This document shows positions 17,490 through 26,364 of a stretch of DNA of 32,000 nucleotides, one piece after another. The DNA is taken from assembly GCF_000021865.1 (NCBI RefSeq), contig NC_014034.1, positions 360,001-392,000 of the forward strand, in the 5' to 3' direction. Each line of letters opens with the position of its first letter. The first letter of the stretch is position 1. Position numbers and translations under genes: made by a program. The notes under the pieces are model-generated. The model was not told the DNA's origin and did not search any database. It was given only the letters and a program-made list of their open reading frames with translations. This stretch comes from Rhodobacter capsulatus SB 1003 (GTDB lineage Bacteria; Pseudomonadota; Alphaproteobacteria; Rhodobacterales; Rhodobacteraceae).

Positions 17490-18893
17490 ATGAAGGTCAA
17501 CACGCTTTCCGGGCGGTTTCTTGTGCTCACGACGGTCTTCGTCGTGTTGGCTGAAGTGCTGATCCTGTTGCCGGGCCTTGCCAATTTCCGCGAGGATTAC
17601 CTGCAGACCCGGCTGGAACGGGCGCAGATCGCCTCGCTTGCGCTTTTGACCACCGACATGATGATCGAGCCGGATCTGGAGCAGGAGCTTCTGGACAACG
17701 CGGGCGTTTACAACGTCGTTCTGCGCCGCGATGCGGTGCGCCAGCTGGTGCTGTCCTCGCCGATCCCGCAGCCGATCTCGGCGACCTATGATCTGCGCGA
17801 GGAGCCCTTCGTCAATCTGGTCCGCGATGCGCTGGCGGTTCTGGCCGATTCGCAGAATCACGTGATCCGGGTGATCGGCGATCCGGTGCAAAAGGGCGGT
17901 CTGGTGATCGAGGTGACGCTGGCCACGCAGCCGATGCGGCTGGCGATGATCGAATCGGGGCTGCGGCTGCTGTCTTTGTCGGCCGTGGTCTCGGTGGTGA
18001 CGGCGCTTTTGCTGTTCTTTCTGGTGCGGCGCCTGATGGTGGTGCCGATCAAGCGCGTCGTGGCGCATATGGCCGCCTATGCCGCCGCGCCCGAGGATGC
18101 CCGCACGATCATCCGCCCCGAGGCCCGGATCGAGGAGCTGCGGGTGGCCGAGGAGGCGCTGGCCTCGATGCAGCATCAGCTGACAGCGGCGCTGCGGCAA
18201 AAGGAACGGCTGGCGCAGCTGGGTCAGGCGGTCGCCAAGATCAGCCACGATCTGCGCAACATCCTGACGACGGCGCAGCTTTTCGCCGACCGGATGGAGG
18301 GGTCCGACGATCCGGCGGTGCAGCGGGCGGCGCCGAAGCTGATGGGCTCGATCGGCCGCGCCATCAATCTTTGCGAGACGACGCTGGCTTTCGGTCGCGC
18401 CGAGGAACCGCCGCCGCGGCTCGAACCCTTTGATCTGGCCGGGCTGGTGACCGAGGTGATCGAGGGCGAAGAGGGGCTGACTGCCGCGGTCGATTTCCTG
18501 TCCGACGTGCAGCCGGGCTTTGAAATCCATGCCGACCGCGAGCAGCTTTACCGGGTGCTGTCGAACCTCGCCCGCAATGCGCGCCAGGCGATCGAGGCGA
18601 CGGGCAAGCCCGGCACGATCGAGATCGGCGCGGGCGACGAGGCCGAGGGCTGGTGGATCCGGGTGCAGGACACCGGGCCGGGCCTGCCCGCCAAGGCGCG
18701 CGAGCGGCTGTTCCAGCCCTTCTCGGGCGGGGTGAAGAAGGGCGGCACCGGGCTGGGTCTGGCGATTTCGGCGGAACTGGTGCGCGGTCACGGCGGGCGG
18801 CTGGAGCTGGAGCGCAGCGACGAGACCGGCACCGAATTCCGCCTGCACCTGCCGCGGCCGCTGCTGCTGGCGGGCGACGAGGCCGCGGTCTGA
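17490..18893 (+). CDS. Sensor histidine kinase (two TM segments, DHp plus HATPase_c), no adjacent response regulator
   Basis: Start chosen at ATG 17490 (MKVNTLSGRFLVLTTVFVVLAEVLILLPG). H-box AKISHDLRNIL, N-box SNLARNARQA, G-boxes DTGPGLP and GGTGLGLAIS. Confidence 0.88.
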   Translation: MKVNTLSGRFLVLTTVFVVLAEVLILLPGLANFREDYLQTRLERAQIASLALLTTDMMIEPDLEQELLDNAGVYNVVLRRDAVRQLVLSSPIPQPISATYDLREEPFVNLVRDALAVLADSQNHVIRVIGDPVQKGGLVIEVTLATQPMRLAMIESGLRLLSLSAVVSVVTALLLFFLVRRLMVVPIKRVVAHMAAYAAAPEDARTIIRPEARIEELRVAEEALASMQHQLTAALRQKERLAQLGQAVAKISHDLRNILTTAQLFADRMEGSDDPAVQRAAPKLMGSIGRAINLCETTLAFGRAEEPPPRLEPFDLAGLVTEVIEGEEGLTAAVDFLSDVQPGFEIHADREQLYRVLSNLARNARQAIEATGKPGTIEIGAGDEAEGWWIRVQDTGPGLPAKARERLFQPFSGGVKKGGTGLGLAISAELVRGHGGRLELERSDETGTEFRLHLPRPLLLAGDEAAV

Positions 18894-18962
18894 ACGATGC
18901 CCCGAAATCCGGACGAAATCCGGGGGGCGGAAAGAAATCTTTCGATCTCCGCGTTTTCGGGC

Positions 18963-18991
18963 TTGCAAAGGTTTTCCTGCGGGGCTACATC
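18963..18991 (+). promoter_or_regulatory. Candidate promoter for tRNA-Arg
   Basis: TTGCAA (18963-18968), a 17-nt spacer, then TACATC (18986-18991). The element ends 12 nt before the mature tRNA 5' end. Confidence 0.4.
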
Positions 18992-19003
18992 GCCCCCCAC
19001 GAC

Positions 19004-19080
19004 GGACCCGTAGCTCAGCTGGATAGAGCATCAGACTACGAATCTGAGGGTCGGGCGTTCGAATCGCTCCGGGTCCGCCA
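19004..19080 (+). tRNA. tRNA-Arg (anticodon ACG)
   Basis: 77 nt. Acceptor stem GGACCCG/CGGGTCC, D-arm TAGCTCAGCTGGATAGAGCA, anticodon loop CT-ACG-AA, T-arm GGGCGTTCGAATCGCTC, encoded CCA end. Confidence 0.95.
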
Positions 19081-19102
19081 CTTCCTCTTCGACTGTGAAA
19101 GC

Positions 19103-19125
19103 CACGCCTTCGGGCGTGTTTTTTA
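19103..19125 (+). terminator. Rho-independent terminator after tRNA-Arg
   Basis: CACGCC-ttcg-GGCGTG stem-loop followed by TTTTTTA. Confidence 0.8.
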
Positions 19126-19184
19126 TTGCCCGGCCGGGCCCTTCGCCCTAAGGCGCAAGAAAGGCGCGGCTTTGGGAGAGACCG

Positions 19185-20033
19185 ATGACCCTTCTTCTGA
19201 TCCATACCGGCGGCACGATCGGCATGGCCCCCGGCCCGCTGGGTCTGGCGCCGCAGCCCGGTCTGGTCGAGGCAGCGCTGGCCGCGCGCCTGCCCGCGGG
19301 AACGCGGCTTTTGACCCATGTCTTCACGCCTTTGCGCGACAGTGCCGATATCGGCCCGGCGGACTGGAACGCGATCCTCGACGCGCTCGATGACCATCCG
19401 GGCCTGCCCGCGCTGGTGACGCATGGCACCGATACCATGGCCTTTACCGGCGCGGCGCTGACGCAGGCTTTGGCGGGGACCTGCCGGCGGGTGGTTCTGT
19501 GCGGTTCGATGCTGCCGCTGGGCCAGGGGGGCGATGCCGAACGCAACCTGGATCTGGCGCTTGCCGCCGCCCAGGCGCCCGGGATGGGGGTCGATCTGGC
19601 TTTTGACGGGCGGCTGATGGCGGCCGGGGGGCTGGTGAAGCACGACAGCCACGCCCGCGACGCCTTTCGCGCCCAGCCGCAGGATCACGGCCCCGCGCCG
19701 AAAACCCGCCGCTTCGATCCGGCGCGGCGGCTTGCCGTGCTGACGCTCTCGCCCGGTCTGCCCGGCGCGGCCTTGGCGGCGATGCTGCAGGCGCTGGATG
19801 GCGCGGTGCTGCGGGTTTTCGGCGCGGGCACGGTGATGAACGATCCGGCGATTCTGGCGGCGCTGCGGGACGCGGTGGCCACGGGCAAGCGGCTGCGCGC
19901 GGTCAGCCAATGCGAGGCGGGCGGGCTGGCGCCGGGGGCCTATGCGGCCGGGGCGGCGCTGTGGGCCGCGGGCGTCGAAAACGGCGGCAAGGAAACACCC
20001 GAGGCGGCGCTGATCCGGCTTTGGCTGTCGTGA
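19185..20033 (+). CDS. L-asparaginase family protein (short, type I-like)
   Basis: 282 aa. N-terminal [10 protein letters not shown] (TGGTI active-site motif) and HGTDTMAFT second motif. GGGAGAG lies upstream of the ATG. Confidence 0.85.
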   Translation: MTLLLIHTGGTIGMAPGPLGLAPQPGLVEAALAARLPAGTRLLTHVFTPLRDSADIGPADWNAILDALDDHPGLPALVTHGTDTMAFTGAALTQALAGTCRRVVLCGSMLPLGQGGDAERNLDLALAAAQAPGMGVDLAFDGRLMAAGGLVKHDSHARDAFRAQPQDHGPAPKTRRFDPARRLAVLTLSPGLPGAALAAMLQALDGAVLRVFGAGTVMNDPAILAALRDAVATGKRLRAVSQCEAGGLAPGAYAAGAALWAAGVENGGKETPEAALIRLWLS

Positions 20034-20040
20034 CGGCAAA

Positions 20041-20060
20041 AGGGGCCCCGAAGGGCCCCT
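20041..20060. terminator. Bidirectional hairpin between convergent asparaginase and membrane-protein genes
   Basis: AGGGGCCC-cgaa-GGGCCCCT, a perfect 8-bp stem, flanked by caaa on one side and gtcg on the other. The U-tract is weak. Confidence 0.5.
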
Positions 20061-20079
20061 GTCGTCGCCTCTTGCGGGC

Positions 20080-20586
20080 TTATTTTGCGGGCGCGGTGGC
20101 GCTCAGCACGGCGGCGGCGACGGCTTCGACCGGTTTGCCCGAGGCGGTGCCGACGGCGGCCAGCGTGTCCCCGGGCCCGGTCACTTTCAGCCCGGCCTCG
20201 CTCAGCTTCGCCGCCAGCGTCGCGCCATCGGTGCCGAAAACCGGCGCCACATCGGCGATTTTCGCATTCATCACCGCCATCGCCAGCGCGAATTGCGGCG
20301 GACCCGACCGCCCCTCGCCCGAGGGGATCGCGAAGGGGATCGAGATCACCAGCGACACGACCAGCGCAATCCACATCGGCGCGCGCTTGACGTAATTGGT
20401 GACCGAGCGCCAGTTCTTCCAGACATGCAGCACGAAGGGCAGGATCAGCACCATCGACAGGATCTCGTGCATCTCGTGGAAGGTCGATTGCCCGACATGG
20501 AAAAAGAGCGCGACACCGGAAATCAGCGAGACCAGAAACAGCCCGGTGATGAAGGGCGTCGCATAGCGGTTGAAAAGATCGTTCAT
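20080..20586 (-). CDS. Small integral membrane protein (three TM helices, DUF4405-like) with an Ala-rich soluble C-terminal domain
   Basis: 168 aa. Hydrophobic segments [33 protein letters not shown] and [17 protein letters not shown] with His residues at the helix ends. Codon third-position GC is consistent with coding. Confidence 0.7.
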   Translation of the reverse strand: MNDLFNRYATPFITGLFLVSLISGVALFFHVGQSTFHEMHEILSMVLILPFVLHVWKNWRSVTNYVKRAPMWIALVVSLVISIPFAIPSGEGRSGPPQFALAMAVMNAKIADVAPVFGTDGATLAAKLSEAGLKVTGPGDTLAAVGTASGKPVEAVAAAVLSATAPAK

Positions 20587-20654
20587 GACAGTGCTTTCTG
20601 TGGGGCCGGGTCATCCCTGAAGGATCAGGCCCGGGTGCCTTGGGAGGGGTCAGG

Positions 20655-20692
20655 TGTAAAACGCGAATGGCCGCAACTTTCGTCGCGGCCAT
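20655..20692 (-). terminator. Probable pepT terminator
   Basis: The minus strand has an ATGGCCGC...GCGGCCAT stem (20692-20667) followed by tcgcgTTTTac, about 36 nt after the pepT stop. Confidence 0.45.
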
Positions 20693-20727
20693 CGGTCGAA
20701 AGGCGCAATCCCGGCTGCGGCAGGCTG

Positions 20728-21966
20728 TCACACCGGCTTTGCCGCCAGCTGCACCAGTCGCAAACAGACCTGCGTCGCCTTCTCCATGTCCTGCACCGAG
20801 ACCCATTCCAAAGGCCCGTGAATGTCCTGCATGCCGGTGAAGATATTCGGGCAGGGCACGCCCATTTCCGTCAGCCGCGAGCCGTCGGTGCCGCCGCGGA
20901 TCGGCACCGACAGCGGCTCGATCCCCTCGGCCCGGCAGGCCTTGCGGGCCAGATCGACCGGGGTCATGTCCTGTTCCAGCCAATAGCGCATGTTGCGGTA
21001 TTGCGGCTTGATCGTGCAGGTGATTTCCGCCCGCGGCTCGGTCGCCGCCACCGCGGCGCAGACTTGTTGCAAGAGCGCCCCCCGCGCGGTGAGGCCATCA
21101 AGCTCGAAATCGCGCAGGATGATCGAAAATTCGACCTCGGCCGCGGTGCCGGCGATGTTGGTGATGTGCCAAAAGCCCTCGCGGCCGTCCACCACCTCGG
21201 GGGTTTGGGTCGCCTGCGGCAGCATCTCGATGATCTTCGCGGCCAGATGGAGCGCATTCACCATCTTGCCCTTGGCAGTGCCCGGATGGGTCGACACGCC
21301 CTTGACCTTCACCTTGGCGCCATCGGCCGAGAAGCTTTCATATTCGATCTCGCCCACCGCGCCGCCATCGAGCGTATAGGCGAAATCGGCGCCCAGATCC
21401 GCGGGCAGGCGGGCGTCGACGCCGCGGCCGATTTCCTCGTCCGGGGTGAAGGCGATCCGCAGTTTCCCATGCGGGATCTGCGGGTTGGCGATCAGATGCT
21501 CGGCCATCGTCATCAGGATCGCCACCCCCGCCTTGTCATCGGCGCCCAGCAGCGTCAGCCCGGAGGCGGTGATCAGGTCATGGCCCAGCTTCTCGCCCAA
21601 GTAAGGGTTGGCGGCGGGCGAATTCACCAGACCGGGGGCATCGGGGTAAGTGATCTCGCCGCCGTTGTAGCCGCGAATGACCCGCGGTTTCACGCCTGCC
21701 GCGTGATAGGCGGGGGCGGTGTCCATATGCGCCAGCATGCCGATCACCGGGCCTTCGGCCGTTGCGGGCACGGTGGCCAGCACGGCGCCATAGTCGGTCA
21801 CCGTCACCTCGGCGGCGCCGATCCGGGTCAGCTCCTCGGCCAGCATCCGGGCCAGGTTCAGCTGAATCGCGGTCGAAGGCGAGGACGGGCTTTCCTCGTC
21901 GCTTTGGGTGTCGACGGCGGCGTAGCGGCACAGGCGCTCTTCAAGGCGGGGGCAGAATTCGGTCAT
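20728..21966 (-). CDS. pepT: Peptidase T (tripeptide aminopeptidase, M20B)
   Basis: 412 aa. N-terminus [20 protein letters not shown], metal-site regions HMDT, GADDKAG, PDEEIG and the C-terminal GGTDG. Confidence 0.92.
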   Translation of the reverse strand: MTEFCPRLEERLCRYAAVDTQSDEESPSSPSTAIQLNLARMLAEELTRIGAAEVTVTDYGAVLATVPATAEGPVIGMLAHMDTAPAYHAAGVKPRVIRGYNGGEITYPDAPGLVNSPAANPYLGEKLGHDLITASGLTLLGADDKAGVAILMTMAEHLIANPQIPHGKLRIAFTPDEEIGRGVDARLPADLGADFAYTLDGGAVGEIEYESFSADGAKVKVKGVSTHPGTAKGKMVNALHLAAKIIEMLPQATQTPEVVDGREGFWHITNIAGTAAEVEFSIILRDFELDGLTARGALLQQVCAAVAATEPRAEITCTIKPQYRNMRYWLEQDMTPVDLARKACRAEGIEPLSVPIRGGTDGSRLTEMGVPCPNIFTGMQDIHGPLEWVSVQDMEKATQVCLRLVQLAAKPV

Positions 21967-22071
21967 GTCGGACTCCTTTTGCGCAATGGGACGCGACCGG
22001 GCGGAAGTGTCAAGGCTTGCCCCCTCGCGGCGGGGCGGCTACATCACGCTTCCGGCCGAACGGAGGACCCC

Positions 22072-24381
22072 ATGGACACCGCCACCCGCATTGCCCGCAC
22101 CATCGCCGAGGAAATCGCCGCGACCCCCGCGCAGGTCACCGCCGCGGTGGGACTGCTTGATGAAGGCGCGACGGTGCCCTTTGTCGCGCGTTACCGCAAG
22201 GAGGTGACGGGGGGGCTGGATGACACGCAGCTGCGCAAGCTCGCGGAACGGCTGGAATATCTGCGCGAACGCGAGGCGCGGCGGGCGGCGATTGTCGCCT
22301 CGATCACCGAACAGGGCAAGATGACGGATGAGCTGGCGCTGGCCTTGGCCCGGGCCGAGACCAAGGCGGAGCTTGAGGATCTGTATCTGCCCTACAAGCC
22401 CAAACGCCGCACGAAAGCGATGATCGCGCGGGAAAACGGGCTGGGGCCGCTGGTCGAGGCGATCTTTGCCGACCGCAAGGCAGCGCCGGAAAAGCTGGCC
22501 GAGGGCTATCTGTCCGAGGCTGTTGCCACGGTGAAGGAGGCGCTGACCGGCGCGCGGGAAATCGTCGCCGAAGGGCTGGTGGAAAACGCCGCGCTGCTGG
22601 GGTCCTTGCGCGACTTTCTGGCGCGCGAGGCCGTGATCACCGCGAAGCTGGTCGAGGGGCAGGCGGAAAAGGGCGCGAAATTCTCGGACTACTTCGACCA
22701 CCGCGAACGCTGGGCCGATGTGCCCAGCCACCGCGCGCTTGCCATGCTGCGCGGCTCGAATGAAGGCGTGCTGACGCTCGATATCGGCCCCGACGAGGAC
22801 GGCGTCGCCCGCGCCGAGGCGATGGTGGCCGCGGCGCTGGACGCCAAGACCCAGGCGCCGGGGGATGTCTGGCTGCGCGGCGTGGCGGGCTGGACCTGGC
22901 GGGTGAAGCTGAGCCTGTCGATGATGCTGGATCTGCTCTCGGACATGCGCGGGCGCGCGCAGGACGAGGCGATCAAGGTTTTCTCCCGCAATCTCAAGGA
23001 TCTGCTGCTGGCCGCCCCGGCCGGGGCGAAGACGACTTTGGGGCTGGATCCGGGCATTCGCACCGGTTGCAAGGTTGCGGTCGTCGATGCGACGGGCAAG
23101 CTGCTGGCCACCGAGACCGTCTATCCCTTCCCGCCGAAATCCGATCTGCGCGGCACGCAGGCGGCGCTGATCCGGCTGATCACCGCGCATAAGGTGGACC
23201 TCATTGCCATCGGCAATGGCACCGCCAGCCGCGAGTCCGAGCGGCTGGTGGCGGAAACGCTGAAACTGCTGCCCGCTTCGGTGAAGCCGCCGACCAAGGT
23301 TGTCGTGTCCGAAGCCGGGGCCTCGGTCTATTCGGCGTCCGAACTGGCGGCGAAGGAATTCCCCGATCTCGACGTGTCGCTGCGCGGCGCGGTGTCGATT
23401 GCGCGGCGGTTGCAGGACCCCCTGGCCGAACTGGTGAAGATTGAGCCGAAGTCCATCGGCGTCGGCCAGTATCAGCATGACGTGGATCAGTCGAAGCTGG
23501 GCCGGGCGCTGGAAGGCGTCGTCGAAGATGCGGTGAACGCGGTGGGCGTCGATCTCAACACCGCCTCGGCGCCGCTTCTGGCGCATATCTCGGGCCTCGG
23601 GCCGGGGCTGGCCGAGGCGATTGTCGCGCATCGCGATGCCAATGGCGCCTTCAAAAGCCGCAAGGAATTGCTGAAAGTGTCCCGCCTTGGGCCGCGGGCG
23701 TTCGAGCAATGCGCGGGGTTCCTGCGCATCACCGAAGGTACCGAGCCGCTCGATGCCTCCTCGGTCCACCCCGAGGCCTATGATGTCGCCCGCGCCATCG
23801 TGAAGGCCTGCGGCCGCGATATCCGCGCGCTGATGGGCGACAGTGCGGCGCTGGCGAAACTGCGCCCGCAGGAGTTTGTCACCGAGAAATTCGGCCTGCC
23901 CACCGTGCGCGACATTCTGGCGGAACTGGAAAAACCCGGTCGCGACCCGCGGCCCAGCTTTGTCACCGCGACCTTTGCCGAGGGGGTCGAGGATATCAAG
24001 GACCTGAAACCGGGCATGCAGCTGGAAGGCACGGTGACGAACGTCGCGGCCTTTGGCGCCTTTGTCGATATCGGCGTGCATCAGGACGGGCTCGTCCACA
24101 TCAGCCAGCTGGCCGACCGTTTCGTCAAAGACCCGCATGAGGTCGTCAAGGCCGGTGATGTGGTCAAGGTCCGGGTGACCGAGGTCGATGTGGCAAGGAA
24201 GCGCATCGCGCTGACGATGCGCAAGGATGGCGGCACTTCCGCGCGCGAGGACCGGGCCGCCCGCGGGCCGGAGCCGCAAAAGGGCCCGAAGGGGCGCCAG
24301 CCGATGTCGGCCGGGCCGAAGACGAGCCAGGCCACCGGCGGTTTCGGCGCGGCGCTGCTTGATGCGATGAAGAAACGCTGA
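22072..24381 (+). CDS. tex: Tex-family RNA-binding transcription accessory protein (S1 domain)
   Basis: The ATG at 22072 follows CGGAGGA. The N-terminus [34 protein letters not shown] is the Tex signature, followed by YqgF-like and HhH regions and a C-terminal S1 domain ([16 protein letters not shown]...). The first 1.8 kb of the 1362-aa track ORF is antisense to pepT. Confidence 0.93.
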   Translation: MDTATRIARTIAEEIAATPAQVTAAVGLLDEGATVPFVARYRKEVTGGLDDTQLRKLAERLEYLREREARRAAIVASITEQGKMTDELALALARAETKAELEDLYLPYKPKRRTKAMIARENGLGPLVEAIFADRKAAPEKLAEGYLSEAVATVKEALTGAREIVAEGLVENAALLGSLRDFLAREAVITAKLVEGQAEKGAKFSDYFDHRERWADVPSHRALAMLRGSNEGVLTLDIGPDEDGVARAEAMVAAALDAKTQAPGDVWLRGVAGWTWRVKLSLSMMLDLLSDMRGRAQDEAIKVFSRNLKDLLLAAPAGAKTTLGLDPGIRTGCKVAVVDATGKLLATETVYPFPPKSDLRGTQAALIRLITAHKVDLIAIGNGTASRESERLVAETLKLLPASVKPPTKVVVSEAGASVYSASELAAKEFPDLDVSLRGAVSIARRLQDPLAELVKIEPKSIGVGQYQHDVDQSKLGRALEGVVEDAVNAVGVDLNTASAPLLAHISGLGPGLAEAIVAHRDANGAFKSRKELLKVSRLGPRAFEQCAGFLRITEGTEPLDASSVHPEAYDVARAIVKACGRDIRALMGDSAALAKLRPQEFVTEKFGLPTVRDILAELEKPGRDPRPSFVTATFAEGVEDIKDLKPGMQLEGTVTNVAAFGAFVDIGVHQDGLVHISQLADRFVKDPHEVVKAGDVVKVRVTEVDVARKRIALTMRKDGGTSAREDRAARGPEPQKGPKGRQPMSAGPKTSQATGGFGAALLDAMKKR

Positions 24382-24397
24382 GGGGGTCCCCCCTCAG
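24378..24397. terminator. Inverted repeat containing both convergent stop codons (tex TGA and the stop of the minus-strand signalling gene)
   Basis: CTGAGGGGG-t-CCCCCCTCAG. TGA (24379-24381) and TCA (24394-24396) sit in opposite arms. There is no clear T-run on the plus strand; the minus strand is followed by cgtttcttc. Confidence 0.4.
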
Positions 24398-26220
24398 CTC
24401 ACTGCCGCGCGGCCATGGCCGATGGCGGACTGCATCGTGCGCACGACCACAAAGGCATCGCGCAGATGCGAGCGTTCCAGATCGCTGAGGTCCGAGGGAG
24501 CGAGGAAATTGTCCGCCGCCCGCCCGGCCTTGATCAGAACCGCCTGATTTTCCAGCCGCATCGTCGCGATCAGATCATAGGCCTCGATCAGATCGCGGGC
24601 GCCTGCGGCCGAAACCACCCCGGCTTCCTCGGCCGCCTTCAGCCGGGCACGGGTGTTCGTGGGCAAAAGCCGCCCCTGCAGCGCATAGATCCGCGCAAGG
24701 TCCACCACCGGCACCACCCCGTTCATCTTCATGTCGATGTGGTTCCTGTGCTCGCCCGAGCGGATCGTGGCGAAGCTGCGAATGAGGCCAAGGGGCGGCG
24801 CGTGTTTCAGGGCCGCCGCCGTCATGTGCATGACAAAGACCGAATTCTGCGCCGCCATCGCCAGAGTTTCCGCCCGCAGATCCTCGAACATCGCGATGCC
24901 GCCGCCGCCGATCGGGCGCAGATCGAACATCACCGAGGCCAGCATCTGCGCCTCCGGGTCGGGGCGCGAAATCCAGCCCGCGAAATAATCGCGCCAGACC
25001 CGCAGCGGCTGGCACCAGCGCGGATTGGTCGCCATCATCTCGCCCGGGCAATGCGCATAGCCGCAGGCATGGAGCCCGTCGCAGACGATCTTGGCGAGGG
25101 CGCGGAAATACGCCATGTCGGCCGCCGTCACCCGGTCATCCAGGATCAGGCAATTGTCCTGATCCGAGACGCTGCTTTGCTCCTGCCGCCCCTGTGACCC
25201 GCAGGCGAGCCACAGATAGGGCACCGGCGGCGGGCCAAGCTGGCGTTCCGCCATCACCAGCAGACGCCGCGTCACCGCATCGGCGATGTCGGTAATGAGC
25301 CGCGTCACCACATCCGGGCCGTGATGCCCGCCCACCAGCTGCACCAGAAGCTGCGGGATGCGTTCGGTCACCGCGGTCATCTCGGAGAGCGTCTCGGCCG
25401 ATACCACGTCGCGGATCAGCATGGCCGAAGAGACGGCCTGAAACCGGGTCAGATCGGTCTGGGTGATCATGCCGACAAAGCGGCCGTCCTCGGTGATCGG
25501 CAGATGACCGATGCGGCGTTCCAGCATGATATGCAGGATGTCGGATCCCAGAGCCGTCGGCGGCAGGCTGACCGGCCCCGCCGTCATCACCGCCGCCACC
25601 GCGGTCCCGGTGGGCAGGCCATCGGCCAGCACCTTGTTCGACAGATCGCGTTGCGTGACGATGCCCAGCAGCCGCTCGCCCGGGTCGACGACACCGAGCG
25701 AAGAGACATGCGCGTCGCGCATCATCCGCGCGGCCGTCAGAACCGTCGTCTCGGGCGTGCAGGCCAGCGGCTTGCGCGCCACCAGATCGGCGACCTTCTG
25801 CGTCGCGATATCGGTCGAGACCTTCTCGCCGCGCTTGCGGTTGAAAAAGCGTTCAAAGGCCGGATAGGTCTCGATCAGCCGCTTGAAGGTCGGCGTGGGC
25901 AGCACAAGGCAGATCGTCTGTTCGCTGGCCTTCGCCTGCGTCGCCGCCAGCCCGTCGCGCAGGATGCCGCGTTCGCCAAAGGAATTGCGCGGACCGAGCA
26001 GCGACACCAGCCCGCCATTGCCGTCGGTGATCTCGACCGCGCCCTGTTTCACCAGATAAAGCCCGCCGATCGGCGTTTGATAGACATAGATCAGCGAGCC
26101 CGGCCGGAACTCCATCCGGCGAAAGGCGCTGGCAACGGTTTCCAGCTCCTCGCGCGGCAGGGTGTCGTAGGGGTGGACCGTCTCCAGAAAGGCGATATGG
26201 GCCTCGCGATCGGTTTCCAT
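24394..26220 (-). CDS. Signal-transduction protein with cNMP-binding, tandem CBS and DUF294-type nucleotidyltransferase domains (COG2905-like)
   Basis: 608 aa. N-terminal cNMP-binding fold (...LYLVKQGAVEI...SFGERGIL...), a CBS pair (two ...VSSLGVVD... / ...IGHLPITEDGRFVGMITQTDL modules), the NTase motif ACGSQGRQEQSSVSDQDNCLILDD and a C-terminal helical substrate-binding domain. Confidence 0.85.
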   Translation of the reverse strand: METDREAHIAFLETVHPYDTLPREELETVASAFRRMEFRPGSLIYVYQTPIGGLYLVKQGAVEITDGNGGLVSLLGPRNSFGERGILRDGLAATQAKASEQTICLVLPTPTFKRLIETYPAFERFFNRKRGEKVSTDIATQKVADLVARKPLACTPETTVLTAARMMRDAHVSSLGVVDPGERLLGIVTQRDLSNKVLADGLPTGTAVAAVMTAGPVSLPPTALGSDILHIMLERRIGHLPITEDGRFVGMITQTDLTRFQAVSSAMLIRDVVSAETLSEMTAVTERIPQLLVQLVGGHHGPDVVTRLITDIADAVTRRLLVMAERQLGPPPVPYLWLACGSQGRQEQSSVSDQDNCLILDDRVTAADMAYFRALAKIVCDGLHACGYAHCPGEMMATNPRWCQPLRVWRDYFAGWISRPDPEAQMLASVMFDLRPIGGGGIAMFEDLRAETLAMAAQNSVFVMHMTAAALKHAPPLGLIRSFATIRSGEHRNHIDMKMNGVVPVVDLARIYALQGRLLPTNTRARLKAAEEAGVVSAAGARDLIEAYDLIATMRLENQAVLIKAGRAADNFLAPSDLSDLERSHLRDAFVVVRTMQSAIGHGRAAVS

Positions 26221-26364
26221 GACCTGTTCCTTGGCTGTGGCGGCCAGGCCGAGGGGCGGCCGCCCTTGAACGCGGCGGCGCCTGCCGTCGCGTCAGCCAT
26301 CCTGCGCAAAGATCACAATCCGCGCCAGTCCGATTTCGGGGCCGGGCCAATTCGTCGCGTCTTC

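Noticed and set aside
17319-20039. 906-aa ORF on the minus strand
   Set aside because: It is antisense to the histidine kinase, runs straight through tRNA-Arg and its terminator, and is antisense to the asparaginase gene. The composition is rich in R/G/P/Q and no domains are recognisable.
19004-20100. Possible integration hotspot or genomic island at the tRNA-Arg 3' end
   Set aside because: No integrase is present, there is no direct repeat of the tRNA 3' end downstream, and I see no compositional shift by eye. The tRNA is followed by its own terminator and ordinary metabolic genes.
20293-22071. N-terminal 593 aa of the 1362-aa plus-strand ORF
   Set aside because: This part is antisense to the membrane-protein gene and pepT and is low complexity. 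The recognisable Tex sequence begins only at ATG 22072, which has a good RBS.
26303-26317. CRP/FNR-like half-site TGCGC-aaaga-TCACA upstream of the cNMP-domain gene
   Set aside because: Only one half-site (TCACA) is good, the spacing is 5 nt rather than 6, and the other half matches 3 of 5. This is not distinguishable from chance.
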